From contig NIVC01003507.1 in NCBI GenBank assembly GCA_002269645.1, forward strand, positions 30,404-94,403: a stretch of 64,000 nucleotides of DNA, read 5' to 3'. Below the pieces are notes generated by a model that saw only the letters and a program-made list of their open reading frames with translations, was not told the origin of the DNA and ran no database searches. The DNA is from Macrostomum lignano (taxonomy: Eukaryota). The translations under genes and the position numbers were made by a program. Below are positions 14,842-27,600 of this stretch, one piece after another. Every line of letters starts with the position of its first letter. Positions within the stretch are counted from its first letter, which is position 1.

Positions 14842-17800
14842 ATGATTCTACTAACTATGATTGCGCGAGTGTCTGATGGTCTGCCATTGGCTGCTTCAAT
14901 TCACAATGAAGAGGTATGATTAAAAATATAAAGACTAAATATTTTTAATTTCATTGGCAAATTGCCAATTTTAGTTAAATCAGATGCACTATGCATAGAT
15001 CTTTTTAATATTATATCAAGTTAGTGCCTAGTAAGGCCTAAATAATGTAAATAATATTTAAGTCAAGGCTTTGTCTTTGTTGTTTATATAATTAATATAG
15101 GCCCATATGGCTATAGGCCTATTTTGTCTGTATTATCATATAAATGCTAATTTTGCTAAATCAGTTTTTTGGTATATAAATATTGCAAAAATATAATTTA
15201 TGTGTACTCTAATATTTTTAGTCAGGTAATTATACATTTTGTCAACTAACATTTCCTCAATTAGGCTTAGCAGTTTATTAATTAGCCATTGTTAGGTACT
15301 ATCTAGGCCTATTATATTATAAAAAACCTATGGCAAAAACATTAGTCCTTAAACAAAAAACCTGACTTACTTACTACTTTTTATTGATTGAAAATTAATT
15401 GTTAATCTTTAATAAATATTACTTAATATTAAATAGAGTATAAGAATTGCCTATAAGCAAATTGCCCACTAAGTTTTTTTCCTAGGCCTATTAAGGTTTG
15501 CCTTTTGCCTACAATGCTTTTTTCCTATAGCATATTAGTCAGCTAGATTGTATCTGCATTCCTCTCCTCCTAATGCTTAATAAGCCCTACTATCTAACTC
15601 TAAGTCTAAGTCTTGAAGAGATTTAGAAGACTGAGCAATATAGGAAATGCATTAATTAATAGCTTATCAATGTACTTTCACATATATATATAGAACTAAA
15701 TACCTACAAGAAAAATATGAATTTGAATCATTTGATATGCAATTATTATCAAAATGTTTTGATTGAGTAAATTGCTTTATTAAGACTTATTAAGCATTGG
15801 AAGATAATATAGACAAAATCTACTATGTGCCTAAATGTGCTATAGGAAAACAACATTGTAGGCAAACTATAGCAAGAAAAATCTCTGTGGGTAATTCACT
15901 TGCAAGCAAATTGCACTGCAGGCAAATCTTAGTAAAAATCTCAATGGGCAATTTGCCCATAGGCAAAATGCACTGCAGGAAAATCTTGATGAAAAAAGCT
16001 TTATAGGGAAATCTTAATGGGCAAATCTCTTATAGGAAAATCTTAGCTAGCAATTGATTTGTGGGCAATATAAGCCCTATTGGAATAAGTGGACAATAGG
16101 TAGACTCTAAATCTAATTGTTTGTCACATTTTTAGAATTTTCTAATGTTGCGCTGCAGCTAGAGTCAAGGCAGATGGGGTTGCAGCATAGTGCAGTTTTG
16201 GGTAAACAGCAATAACAACTTTGTCTGTCTTATTAAGGCTAATTGCCTTGTCATCTAATCAGTAATATGCCTATATTTGATGCAAAAGTTAATATGTTCT
16301 ATGTTGTATTGCATTTTTGAGCTACAATTTTAGACCCAATGTTTTGTGTCTGCAGGTTTTTACATTTATTCTATTAGGGTATGTGAACTAAAGGTTATTT
16401 CAATAGCATTAACAAGTATAGCAAAAAGTTACAAAATATTGGGAAAGAAATAAATCAAATTAATACTTATATATGCAATAATTTATAAATATAATTTTAA
16501 TGATAAAATCAAAAAGTAAAAAGTTGTTACATTCTAGGATCAATATTATAAGCAAGACATTAATTATACACATAAGCATATGTGTATTTAATTTGTAATC
16601 TCAAAACTCCTTGTCAGTCTTATATTTTGGTTCTTTGTATTTTGGTCTTATTGATATTGCCATTAATGTTAATAATGACTGTTGTTTACTTAAAAAAGAA
16701 TAATGCAAATTCACTTATCCATCAATGCAAAAAACTGTAATAGGCAGTCTGTCACTTTTAATAAAAAGATTACTATTTATTAACACCTATTAATGGTATA
16801 ATGCTTAGGCCCCTTAAATAGACTAGTGCCCAATATTATAACCAACTTACTTAAAAATTTCAAGTAATGCTTAAAGTGTTGCATAGATATTACAAGCATA
16901 GTCAAACCATTTCTTGGAGCTATAGCAATCAAGTCTATCCTTACTATCCTTGATGCCATTTTGATAAGCAGGGTATCTTGAAGCTTGCTAATGCCTACTA
17001 GGCATTTTGTAACTGTACAATATAACCTCAGAGCACAAAAGCATGATATACCATTGAGTATCAATTTTTAAAAAGTTATTTTCTAGGAGTGTACTGAAGC
17101 AGCTCGCGTGCAGCAAGATAAAGACCGCTTGTCCTTTAATAAAGTGCTGCGGCTGGGCCTTTTACGGCTCTAGTTTATTTGGACCATAGACAGTTCAAGC
17201 AGCAATGGCTGGCTCTGTCAAAAGTACATGTGTCCGCTATACCACTCCTCTCCCCCAGAGCCAGATAATGTTGCTCTTGCATTGTGTTCTTTAGGAGCTT
17301 AGCTGCTATGGCAAATGGCTGGGTCAGCTGCAATTACTTTGCCACTAACGCAATGGAAGCAACTGGGTTAGAAAAGGGTCACTGGCAGTAGATGACTGTG
17401 TTGGGGCGCCTAAATTGGTAGTGTGAAACTGTTAGTAGCACAGAAATTGAAAGCGCATGCAGAGTATTTGGCTGGCTCGACGGTGGATGTTCAGGGACTA
17501 TTCAAAAGTGTGAGCACTTTGCTGCTGATAGATCCAGCTGCAGGCCAGTGACATTGTGGGCGAGTTGAGGTTGTAGGCACCAGCATCCTTGAGGCTAAGG
17601 GCAGCGGCAGCAGTGGATGGTTGTGCTAATGATGATGCTGCTGGTACATATGCTATTGTGGTGATCCATCGGTAGCGTGGTGGGGTCTGCAGCACAGAAA
17701 AGTGCACTGATGCTTCGTCTGACATGTCCGCCTGTGCTGCTGGGACAAGGTATTGCCAAGGTGAGCCGCATTGATGTCACAGCATCAGGTAGGGCATTGC

Positions 17801-20035
17801 AAGCAAACTCTGGCAGGCGAGAGCCCCTTACCCAGAGTGCACTGCTCACATATTGCATAACCACAGTGACCAGGAATCAGTGATGGTCATTTTGATGCAG
17901 CTCTAGTTAGAAGTGCTGAGCCAGATGCAGGGATCAAGGTGGCTGATGGCTTTGGCTGGACTCGGAAGACCTGGTGGCCAAAACTGTGACAAGGCAGCAG
18001 GTGAAAAGCTTGAAATACTCAGCTATGGCTAAGTATAGTCAGACTCACCACTGAAGCACCTCGCATGCGGCAAGATGAAGACTGCTTGTCCTTTAATAAA
18101 GTGCTGCAGCTGGGCCTTTTATGGCTCTAGTTTATTTGAGCCATAGATAGTCTGAGCAGCAGTGGCTGGCTCTGTCAAAAGTACATGTGTCTACTACAGT
18201 ACACATTTTAAAAAAATTTTACATCACATCATTACTTCTTTTACTGGTGCAGCTATAATGAATTTGCCAAGTTGCCATAATGTCTGGTTGACAAAATGCC
18301 AGTGGATGAAATTTCCTAGAACCAGCCTAAATACAAGTATACTTTTTTGTTTTTTAATTGTAAGCTCTTTGTAAAATGAAACTAAACAATACACTGGGGC
18401 CTACTAGACTATAAAGTACTATGTTCACTGACTTATAACTTTATTGAACCATTGAGTAAAATGAAAAATAATATTTTTATCTTGTATGGTTTTACTTTAT
18501 ACCTTAATTACTTTATAATCCCGTCGAACTTTTCACCCAGAATTTTTTCCGGAATTTAGTGATCCGGGCCCGATTTTTATTTGCTTAATAATACCTTAAT
18601 TACTTTATAATATAACATTTAAAAAATCAATACCAACAAGCTATTTAAGGTAATATAACGGTATCATTAGTTTATGTTCATTAGAGTCAATAGTTATGCA
18701 AGGACAGTAGGTTAAGTCTAAAAGTAGCATTGTTTTGTTAATTTTTCTACTAGAACCATATATTTATTTATGTACACATTATTGGTGTGTTTTTGATAAT
18801 TTACTACTCAATTTTCAAGAAACTTTTTAATCATATTTAAACTTCTTAATCTCATCTCTAACAGACTGCTCCCAACATGCCAGAGTACCAGAGCAAAGCC
18901 AAAAAATTGTTTCGCCGATTGAATTCTACTTCACCATCAAGGTGCAGTCTGGAATCTGGTGCCTACACATTCCAGTAAGTTCTTGTACCCCTCACACTGA
19001 TCTAGTTAGCTCGTTTTGTCTTATTTTTACAAATTCTGTCTCTAACTTGACCTTCAGAGGCTTCAATGACCCCATTTAATATTCGTGTCATTAGCCTTGG
19101 TCACCATTGAGCTCCTTGACCCCATATGACCCCAGAACTTTGATCACTACTGAGCTCCGTGACCCCATATGTCGAGAAAAATAAGACTGAAAACACTAGA
19201 ACTAAATTAGATGTTAAATTGAATAAGTAAGATAAGGAGCCAGTAAGTGGGCGCAGGGCCCAAACCAGTATATTTATATGACATTAAATTGCAGGGGGTT
19301 TGAATTGAAGATAATAAAGAGAGGGGTGGAGTGCGCGACTAAAGAGAGAGGTGAGAATGGAGAGCCAATCAGAAGGCAGCAGGGGAGAGAGAGATAAGAA
19401 TAACAAGATTGAGCTAGACAGAGAGAGAGAAAACAGAGTAAACAGAGACAAGTGAAGGTGAACTAAGAAATGAATAGGAAAGTCGCGACACCATATGACC
19501 CCTGACTTCGATCACTACTGACCTCCGTGACCCCAAATGACCTCTGGCCTATTTGAACAGCTACCAGATCGACTCGGGAGTCTGCTACCTGGCCCTTGCC
19601 GGTTGCAATTTCTCTAAACGCTTGGCCTTCTCCTACCTGGACGATCTCCGTCGCGAATTCGCCAACCAATTCGACACCGTCCGGGTGGACTCGGTGGCCC
19701 GGCCCTACCATTTCATAGAATTCGAGCAGTACATCAAGAAGGCTCGCCGCTCATTTGTTGACAGCCGGGCCAACCGCAATCTGGCCATGCTGGGCGCCGA
19801 GCTGCAGGATGTCCAACGGATTATGGTAGAAAATATGGACGAAGTGCTGGCCAGGGGCGAGTCCTTAGCAACGCTGGACGACAAGGCTAGCCACCTGTCG
19901 TTGCTGTCGCGCAGGTATCGCGACGATGCAGCGTATTTGAATTTGCGCTCGGTTTACGCCAGATACGGCATCGCCTGCATTGTCATTTTGATGCTGTTCT
20001 GCTACATCTACGAGGGTCACTCAGAAAGTTCTTAG
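14842..20035 (+). CDS. SEC22B: Vesicle-trafficking SNARE SEC22B (longin + SNARE + TM), exons 14842-14913, 18865-18974, 19561-20035; the last 7 residues come from a mariner TIR
   Basis: MILLTMIARVSDGLPLAAS, YQSKAKKLFRRL, RPYHFIEFEQYI, ELQDVQRIMVENMDEVLARGE. Splice phases (0 and 2) are consistent. The displaced native tail is at 21321-21341. Confidence 0.93.
17095..18198 (-). mobile_element. Non-autonomous mini LTR retrotransposon (TRIM-like), 1104 bp
   Basis: 147-bp LTRs at 17095-17241 and 18052-18198 with TG..CA outer ends. GTAC TSD at 17091-94 and 18199-202. Minus-strand PBS-like TGGTGAGTCTGAC next to the 5' LTR; PPT GGGGGAGAGGAGTGG (17242-17256) next to the 3' LTR. Confidence 0.85.
19170..19490. 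mobile_element. Solo LTR, 321 bp, in SEC22B intron 2
   Basis: TGTCGAGA...TCGCGACA termini with a CCATA 5-bp TSD (19165-69, 19491-95); internal CCAAT box. Confidence 0.75.
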
Positions 20036-21320
20036 CCTGAACAAGAAAACAGCAACAAATGAACTAAAAAACGACTACAAGTGCTCAAAATACTCTCCAC
20101 CGGCATTGATACAGGCTTGCATCCTGTGAAACCAGCTGTCGAAGCAATGCCGCCAATCCTCATCCCGGAGCTCCTCGATGATGTTTTTGAACTCATTTAC
20201 AGCTTCTTCCGGTGAAGAAAAAACCTGGCCCTTCAGAATCTCCTTGCACTTCGGAAACAGAAAAAAGTCGCACGGTGCCAGGTCTGGACTGTAAGCAGGG
20301 TGAGTCATCAGCTGGACCCCACAGTCAGCCAGAAACTCCAGAGTTTGAGCCGCCGTGTGCGCGCTGGCGTTGTCGTGGTGCAGAAGCACCCCACGCATTC
20401 CGCACCTTGGGCGCCTCTGGCTCACAGCAGAAAAGACCTTGGGCAGGCAAACCGTTGTGTACCAGTCAGCGGTGACTGTCTGGCGATCTTCAAGTGAAAC
20501 GGAAGCCACATGCCCAGTGCGCATGAAGAAACAGGCCACCATCTGCTTGCCGACACTCCGGCTGCGTCGAAACTTTGTGGGGCTGTCCTCGTCTCCAAAG
20601 GTCCACATGGCTGACTGGCGCTTGCTTTCGGGGTCGTATTGATAAATCCAGGTCTCATCGCCCGTGAGGATGTCCCAGATACGCCGGCTGGTCCCGGATT
20701 CGAATTTCTGCAGCATGAATCGGCACCAAGCCACCCTGGTGTCCTTCTGCACGTCCGACAGCTGATGGGGGATCCACCGGGAAGCCAGCTTCCGCACTCC
20801 AAGGTGTTCGTGCATAATGGCGTGCACACTCCCCGATCCAATACCGATCTCCTGCTGGATCTGCTGGTAGGTCACTCGCCGGTCAGCGGCAATCATGCTG
20901 GACACAGCGCAGATATTTTCTGGAGTCACTGCGTCACAGGGTCTCCCGGATCGATGTTCATCTTCGAGGCTTTCTCGACCTCGGCGAAACTCAGCGAACC
21001 AGTTTTTGACGGTTGCGTATGAAGGACATACATGGGTGAAAACGTTCTGTAAAGTTTGATACGATTCGGCCGAAGACTTGCCTTGCTTGAAGTGCAAGTA
21101 AATCATTGCTCTGAAGTCGCGATTTTCCAGCTTCATTGTTGAATTGAAGAACTCAGGGGGTGAACTGACTTTAACTCGCTGCAGTGGACTCAAAAGTGGC
21201 TGCTTCTGTTTGAAATTTTTGCTGCGATACTTTTAAAAGTTGGTCTTTACCATAGACAAATTTCATGCTTCTACGTCTCGTGGATCCTACTCAGGCTAAA
21301 GACTTTCTGAGTGACCCTCG
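20011..21320 (-). mobile_element. Full-length mariner (DD34D) transposon, 1310 bp
   Basis: 30-bp TIRs, 28/30 identical (cgagggtcactcagaaagt..ttagcctga). TA TSD at 20009-10 and 21321-22. Intact transposase ORF. Confidence 0.96.
20075..21136 (-). CDS. Mariner transposase, 353 aa, apparently intact
   Basis: WIPHQL, TGDETW, HHDNA...YSPDLAPCD with D34D spacing. Likely start MKLENRDFRAMIY at 21136. Confidence 0.95.
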   Translation of the reverse strand: MKLENRDFRAMIYLHFKQGKSSAESYQTLQNVFTHVCPSYATVKNWFAEFRRGRESLEDEHRSGRPCDAVTPENICAVSSMIAADRRVTYQQIQQEIGIGSGSVHAIMHEHLGVRKLASRWIPHQLSDVQKDTRVAWCRFMLQKFESGTSRRIWDILTGDETWIYQYDPESKRQSAMWTFGDEDSPTKFRRSRSVGKQMVACFFMRTGHVASVSLEDRQTVTADWYTTVCLPKVFSAVSQRRPRCGMRGVLLHHDNASAHTAAQTLEFLADCGVQLMTHPAYSPDLAPCDFFLFPKCKEILKGQVFSSPEEAVNEFKNIIEELRDEDWRHCFDSWFHRMQACINAGGEYFEHL

Positions 21321-21809
21321 TACTTCAAATTCCTGTGGTAGACTAAGTTTAAAAACTAATGAGGTGCCGAAGCAATTGACTATTTAATTACAGTCATAGT
21401 TACTCTTACTGTTTACCCAATTAGGAAAATGCAGAAATAAGAATATAGAATGACCTGACCTGATTTTCTGAGAAATTTCTGAGAAACTGAGTTACTGACC
21501 TGAACCAGGCGTTGGCTTAGTTGTTGATTGATTCAATTCCCGTCTTTCTTGAACAACATTCCGTGCCTTTTAATTTTTTGTGCTATTTTCATTGGTATTC
21601 TTCTATGACAGGTGATTTCTCGCTTTTTTGATTTGCATAATATTAGCCTTTTTATGTAATTTGCAAAATTACGTCTTATCAAACGGTGCTTTTCTGTAAG
21701 AGTATTTGCCTTGCTTAACTATACTTTGGCAATGCAAACAGTCCATCAGCGACTGTTAGTTTTTATCCTTTGAAACTTTTGTAGGTGAATTGTTTATTTT
21801 TATTACAGT

Positions 21810-23272
21810 CCTGTTAGACATTGGAAATCCTGTTCGATATTATACATCCTGTTAGATATAAATACTGTTAGACAGTATAAATCTTTTTAGACAGTCGAGA
21901 TCCTGTTAGACAGTAGAAATCCTGTTGGATATGCAGTAGGAACCCTGTTAGACAGTAGAAATCCTGTTAGACAGTAGAAATCCTGTTAGACAGTAGAAAT
22001 CCTGTTAGACAGTATAAATCTTTTTAGACAGTCGAGATCCTGTTAGACAGTAGAAATCCTGTTGGATATGCAGTAGGAACCCTGTTAGACAGTAGAAATC
22101 CTGTTAGACAGTAGAAATCCTGTTAGACAGTAGAAATACTGTTAGACAGTAGAAATCCTGTTAGACAGTAGAAATACTGTTAGACAGTAGAAATACTGTT
22201 AGACAGTAGAAATACTGTTAGACAGTAGGAACCCTGTTAGACAGTAGGAACCCTGTTAGACAGTAGGAACCCTGTTAGACAATAGAAACCCTGTTAGACA
22301 GTAGGAACCCTGTTAGACAGTAGAAATCCTGTTAGACAGTAGAAATACTGTTAGACAGTAGAAATACTGTTAGACAGTAGAAATACTGTTAGACAGTAGG
22401 AACCCTGTTAGACAGTAGGAACCCTGTTAGACAGTAGGAACCCTGTTAGACAATAGAAACCCTGTTAGACAGTAGAAATACTGTTAGACAGTAGAAATAC
22501 TGTTAGACAGTAGAAATACTGTTAGACAGTAGAAATACTGTTAGACAGTAGAAATCCTGTTAGACAGTAGAAATACTGTTAGACAGTAGAAATACTGTTA
22601 GACAGTAGAAATACTGTTAGACAGTAGAAATACTGTTAGACAGTAGAAATACTGTTAGACAGTAGGAACCCTGTTAGACAGTAGGAACCCTGTTAGACAA
22701 TAGAAACCCTGTTAGACAGTAGAAATCCTGTTAGACAGTAGAAATACTGTTAGACAGTAGAAATACTGTTAGACAGTAGAAATACTGTTAGACAGTAGAA
22801 ATACTGTTAGACAGTAGAAATACTGTTAGACAGTAGAAATACTGTTAGACAGTAGGAACCCTGTTAGACAGTAGGAACCCTGTTAGACAATAGAAACCCT
22901 GTTAGACAGTAGAAATCCTGTTAGACAGTAGAAATACTGTTAGACAGTAGAAATACTGTTAGACAGTAGAAACACTGTTAGACAGTAGAAATACTGTTAG
23001 ACAGTAGGAACCCTGTTAGACAGTAGGAACCCTGTTAGACAGTAGGAACCCTGTTAGACAATAGAAACCCTGTTAGACAATAGGAACCCTGTTAGACAGT
23101 AGGAACCCTGTTAGACAGTAGGAACCCTGTTAGACAGTAGGAACCCTGTTAGACAGTAGGAACCCTGTTAGACAGTAGGAACCCTGTTAGACAGTAGGAA
23201 CCCTGTTAGACAGTAGGAACCCTGTTAGACAGTAGGAACCCTGTTAGACAATAGGAACCCTGTTAGACAGGT
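21810..23272. repeat. 19-bp minisatellite (ctgttagacagtagaaatc and variants)
   Basis: About 75 copies with higher-order variant blocks. Confidence 0.95.
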
Positions 23273-23909
23273 CATCCTGTTATAGAGAAGAATGCAAGAA
23301 ACGTTGTTAGACCTTTTTAGAAGATCCTTCTTTTAAACAGACTGTAATAAAGCGGGGTTTAGCAGAAGGGCTGAAAGCTTTTAGGATTTGGCTGGTATCA
23401 CATCTATCTTTATTCAATACTCTCTATGCATTCCACTTGGATATCTTTTGCAATAAACAAGTCGAATACAGCAAATGGATTGCTAAATTATTTAATTTGC
23501 GCCACGTCGGGAACCTGCATGAGTCTGGAACTATATAATATTGAATAGTATGAAGATTTTGTGTTCAGAGTCTAGTCTCGATGACCTTGGGGCGTCAACT
23601 ACTTAGCTTTATAATCCGAGCACTATATTATATCGAGCAGATTCTTTATGAGTATCAACTATCGTTTCTGTATGCCCAGATCGCAGCTCTCAGAGCGGCA
23701 CTGTGTGTTTTATTCGACTGCTGCTCCATGCGCTCTCTCCATTCCTCTTCCTCTCAGCTGCTGGGTGCGCACTTCTAGCTAGAGTCTCACTTGTTTATCA
23801 GGCTATGGATCCCTTGCCTTATAATTGAATTTAAAAGTACTTTTCCTGTTTGTAAGTTGGGAGTGACTTTTTGTACAGCTGTACAGTTGAGGCCGTTTGA
23901 ATTTGGGCC

Positions 23910-24395
23910 TAACTGTTAGATAGGTTATGAATAACTGTTATATAGGATGTTGATAACTGTTAGATAGGGTGTTGAAAACTGTTAGATAGGGTGTTGATAA
24001 CTGTTAGATAGGGTCTTGATAGCTGTTAGATAGGATGTTGATAACTGTTAGAATCAGATAGAATGTTCCTAACTGTTAGATAGAATGTTGATAACTGTTA
24101 GATAGGGTATGATACATGTTAGATAGGGTGTTGATAACTGTTAGATAGGGTGTTGATAACTGTTAGATAGGGTCTTGATAGCTGTTAGATAGGTCGTTCC
24201 TAACTGTTAGATAGGGTGTTGATAACTGTCAGATAGGGTGTTGATAGCTGTTAGATAGGGTGTTGATAACTGTTAGATAGGATGTTGCTAACTGTTAGAT
24301 AGGGTTTTGATAACTGTTAGATAGGATATTGATAACTGTTAGATATGATGCTGATAACTGTTAGATATGATGTTGATAACTGTTAGATAAATATT
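23910..24395. repeat. 22-bp minisatellite (ctgttagatagggtgttgataa)
   Basis: Tandem array sharing the ctgttaga core with the 19-bp array. Confidence 0.9.
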
Positions 24396-24679
24396 GATGA
24401 TGCTAGATATAGTAACATTTCGAAAAATTCACAAAGCCTAACTCTGCACACTTGATAAGAAAAAGACAATTATATTCTTTCCAGCTACGTCAGCGGCCGC
24501 AGCAGCAACAGTGGCGGCAGCGGCAGCAGAAGCAGCAGACGTTGGCTGCTTAGACTGCCAATAAAATTTAAAAAATCGTCAGTGCTATTCTTTTGTACTT
24601 GTGCTTACCTTGTATACTTTTGCCAGCTTTGGTTTAGTCCTGTAGTCCTGTATTTCTGATTAATCGATTCGAACTCGAG

Positions 24680-27600
24680 ATGAAGGGTTTCTTATCGAAG
24701 CTCGGAGGTCCTCCAGCCTCATCGTCAATGTCGTCATCGTCATCGACCTCTGCCGGAGCTTCTCATGACGCAGGCGGCGGCGGTTTCATTGGCAGGACCT
24801 TCCACCTGCACCGCTACCAGCTGGTTGTGGAGGAGAAAATCGCCGAAGGCGGCTTCGCCGTTGTGTTTAAAGTGCGCAGCACTCAAGACGGTCGAATATT
24901 TGCGCTAAAACGCATGTGCGTCAATAGTGAGAACAGTCTGCAGATCTGCCAGCGGGAGATCACCATTGTGGTGCGTGTTGTCATGGTGATCTATTGTGCG
25001 CGGCTGTGGAACAGTTTGTACACACAGCTATGGAACAGCTCCCCTCACTGTCAGTGTGCACACACTGCTATGGAACAGCTCCCCTCACTATCAGTGTGCA
25101 CACACAGCTATGGAACAGCTCCCCTCACTGTCAGTGTGTACACACACAGCTATGGAACAGCTCCCCTCACTGTCAGTGTGTACACACACAGCTATGGAAC
25201 AGCTCCCCTCACTGTCAGTGTGTACACACACAGCTATGGAACAGCTCCCCTCACTGTCAGTGTGTACACACACAGCTATGGAACAGTTCCCCTCACTGTC
25301 AGTGTGCACACACAGCTATGGAACAGCTCCCTCACTGTCAGTGTGTACACACACAGCTATGGAACAGTTCCCCTCACTGTCAGTGTGCACACACAGCTAT
25401 GGAACAGCTCCCCTCACTGTCAGTGTGTACACACGCAGCTATGGAACAGCTCCCCTCACTGCCAGAGTGTACACACACAGCTATGGAACAGCTCTCTCAC
25501 TGTCAGAGTGTACACACACAGCTATGGAACAGCTCCCTCACTGTCAGAGTGTACACACGCAGCTATGGAACAGCTCCCCTCACTGTCAGTGTGTACACAC
25601 GCAGCTATGGAACAGCTCCCCTCACTGTCAGAGTGTACACACACAGCTATGGAACAGCTCCCTCACTGTCAGTGTGTACACACACAGCTATGGAACAGTT
25701 CCCCTCACTGTCAGTGTGTACACACACAGCTATGGAACAGCTCCCCTCACTGTCAGTGTGCACACACACACAGCTATGGAACAGCTCCCCTCACTGTCAG
25801 TGTGCACACACACACAGCTATGGAACAGCTCTCCTCACTGTCAGTGTGCACACACAGCTATGGAACAGCTCCCCTCACTGTCAGAGTTTGTACACATAGC
25901 ATCAATATTTGAAAAGCCTACTTATTGACTTAGCAAAAGAACCAAGTCTGCAATTGTTCAATTTGCCTAGTCACGTATTGGCCTCGGGCATATCCAAATA
26001 AATTTGCATAATGATATTTTAAACTTCGGATTGGCTTCATCAGCCCGCCGCATCCAATGACCTTTATTTGCAGCGGTCGCTAACCCACAAGAACATTATT
26101 AAATACGTTGACGACTGCGTTAATCACCTGCCAAACGGTGTTTACGAAGTGCTGCTACTCATGACCTACTGCAAAAGTGAGTAGGGAGGTAATCTGTTGA
26201 TTTACGTCATGTGCGTAGAACAGTGGGACAAAAAGAGGTGGAGAGATAAAGGGAAGGATATGTGGATAAATAGAGGGGTAGAGTGTGAGAAAGAAGGATA
26301 GAGGGGCAGAGATAGAGGGGTAGAGTGAGAGATAGAGGGGTAGAGTTAGAGATAGAGGGGTAGAGTGAGAGATAGAGGGGTAGAGTGAGAGATAGAGGGG
26401 TTAGAGTGTGAGAAAGAAGGATAGAGAGGCAGAGATAGAGGGATAGAGAGGCAGAGTGAGAGGGGTAGAGTGAGAGATAGAGGGGTGGAGTGTGAGATAG
26501 AAGGATAGAGAGGCAGAGATAGAGGGATAGAGAGGCAGAGTGAGAGGGGTAGAGTGAGAGATAGAGGGGTGGAGTGTGAGATAGAAGGATAGAGGCAGAG
26601 ATAGAGGGATAGAGAGGCAGAGTGAGAGGGGTAGAGTGAGAGATAGAGGGGTAGAGTGAGAGATAGAGGGGTAGAGTGAGAGATAGAGAGGTAGAGTGAG
26701 AGATAGAGGGGTAGAGTGAGAGATAGAAGTGTAGAGTGTGAGATAGAAAGATAGAGAGGCAGAGATAGAGGGGTAGAGTGTGAGATAGAAGGATACAGAG
26801 GCAGAAATAGAGGGATAGAAAGGCAAAGATAGAGGGGTAAAGTGTGAGATAGAAGGATACAGAGGCAGAGATAGAGGAATAGAGAGGCAAAGATAGAGGG
26901 GTAGAGTGTGAGATAGAAGGATACAGAGGCAGAAATAGAGGGATAGAGAGGCAAAGATAGAGGGGTAAAGTGTGAGATAGAAGGATACAGAGGCAGAGAT
27001 AGAGGGATAGAGAGGCAAAGATAGAGGGGTAGAGTGTGAGATAGAAGGATACAGAGGCAGAAATAGAGGGATAGAGAGGCAAAGATAGAGGGGTAAAGTG
27101 TGAGATAGAAGGATAGAGGCAGAGATAGAGGGTTAGCTAGGGAGGAATAGAACTAGATGCGAGTTCAGATGATTTGAATCAAAGTCGAGTCAAACTGAAA
27201 CTGAGACCGCAGGCTGCGCAGCCGAGGCTGTACTATGTGACCTTCACCCGTGCCCGCAGAGACAGTAGTGGGGCAGCTGAACGATTGCGCCCAGTCTGGC
27301 GGGCACTTGACTGAGTCGCATATTCTGCGCATATTCTGCGACGTATGCGAGGCCGTGTCGAGGCTGCACCACTGTCACACGCCCGTGCAGCACCGCGATC
27401 TCAAAGTAGAGAATGTACTAATAGACGATTCCGGCAACTATGTACTGTGCGACTTTGGCAGCGCCACTGTGCGCGTGCTGCAGCCAGCTGTTCAGGGCGC
27501 CGCTCCAGTTGAAGAGGAGATTCAAAAGTACACGACGTTAGCCTATCGCAGCCCTGAGATGGTGGACCCGTACTCTGGCCGGCCTATCGGCACTAAGGCT

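Noticed and set aside
21810-23272. Regular arrays as possible CRISPR
   Set aside because: Units are contiguous with no unique spacers, there are no cas genes, and the context is eukaryotic.
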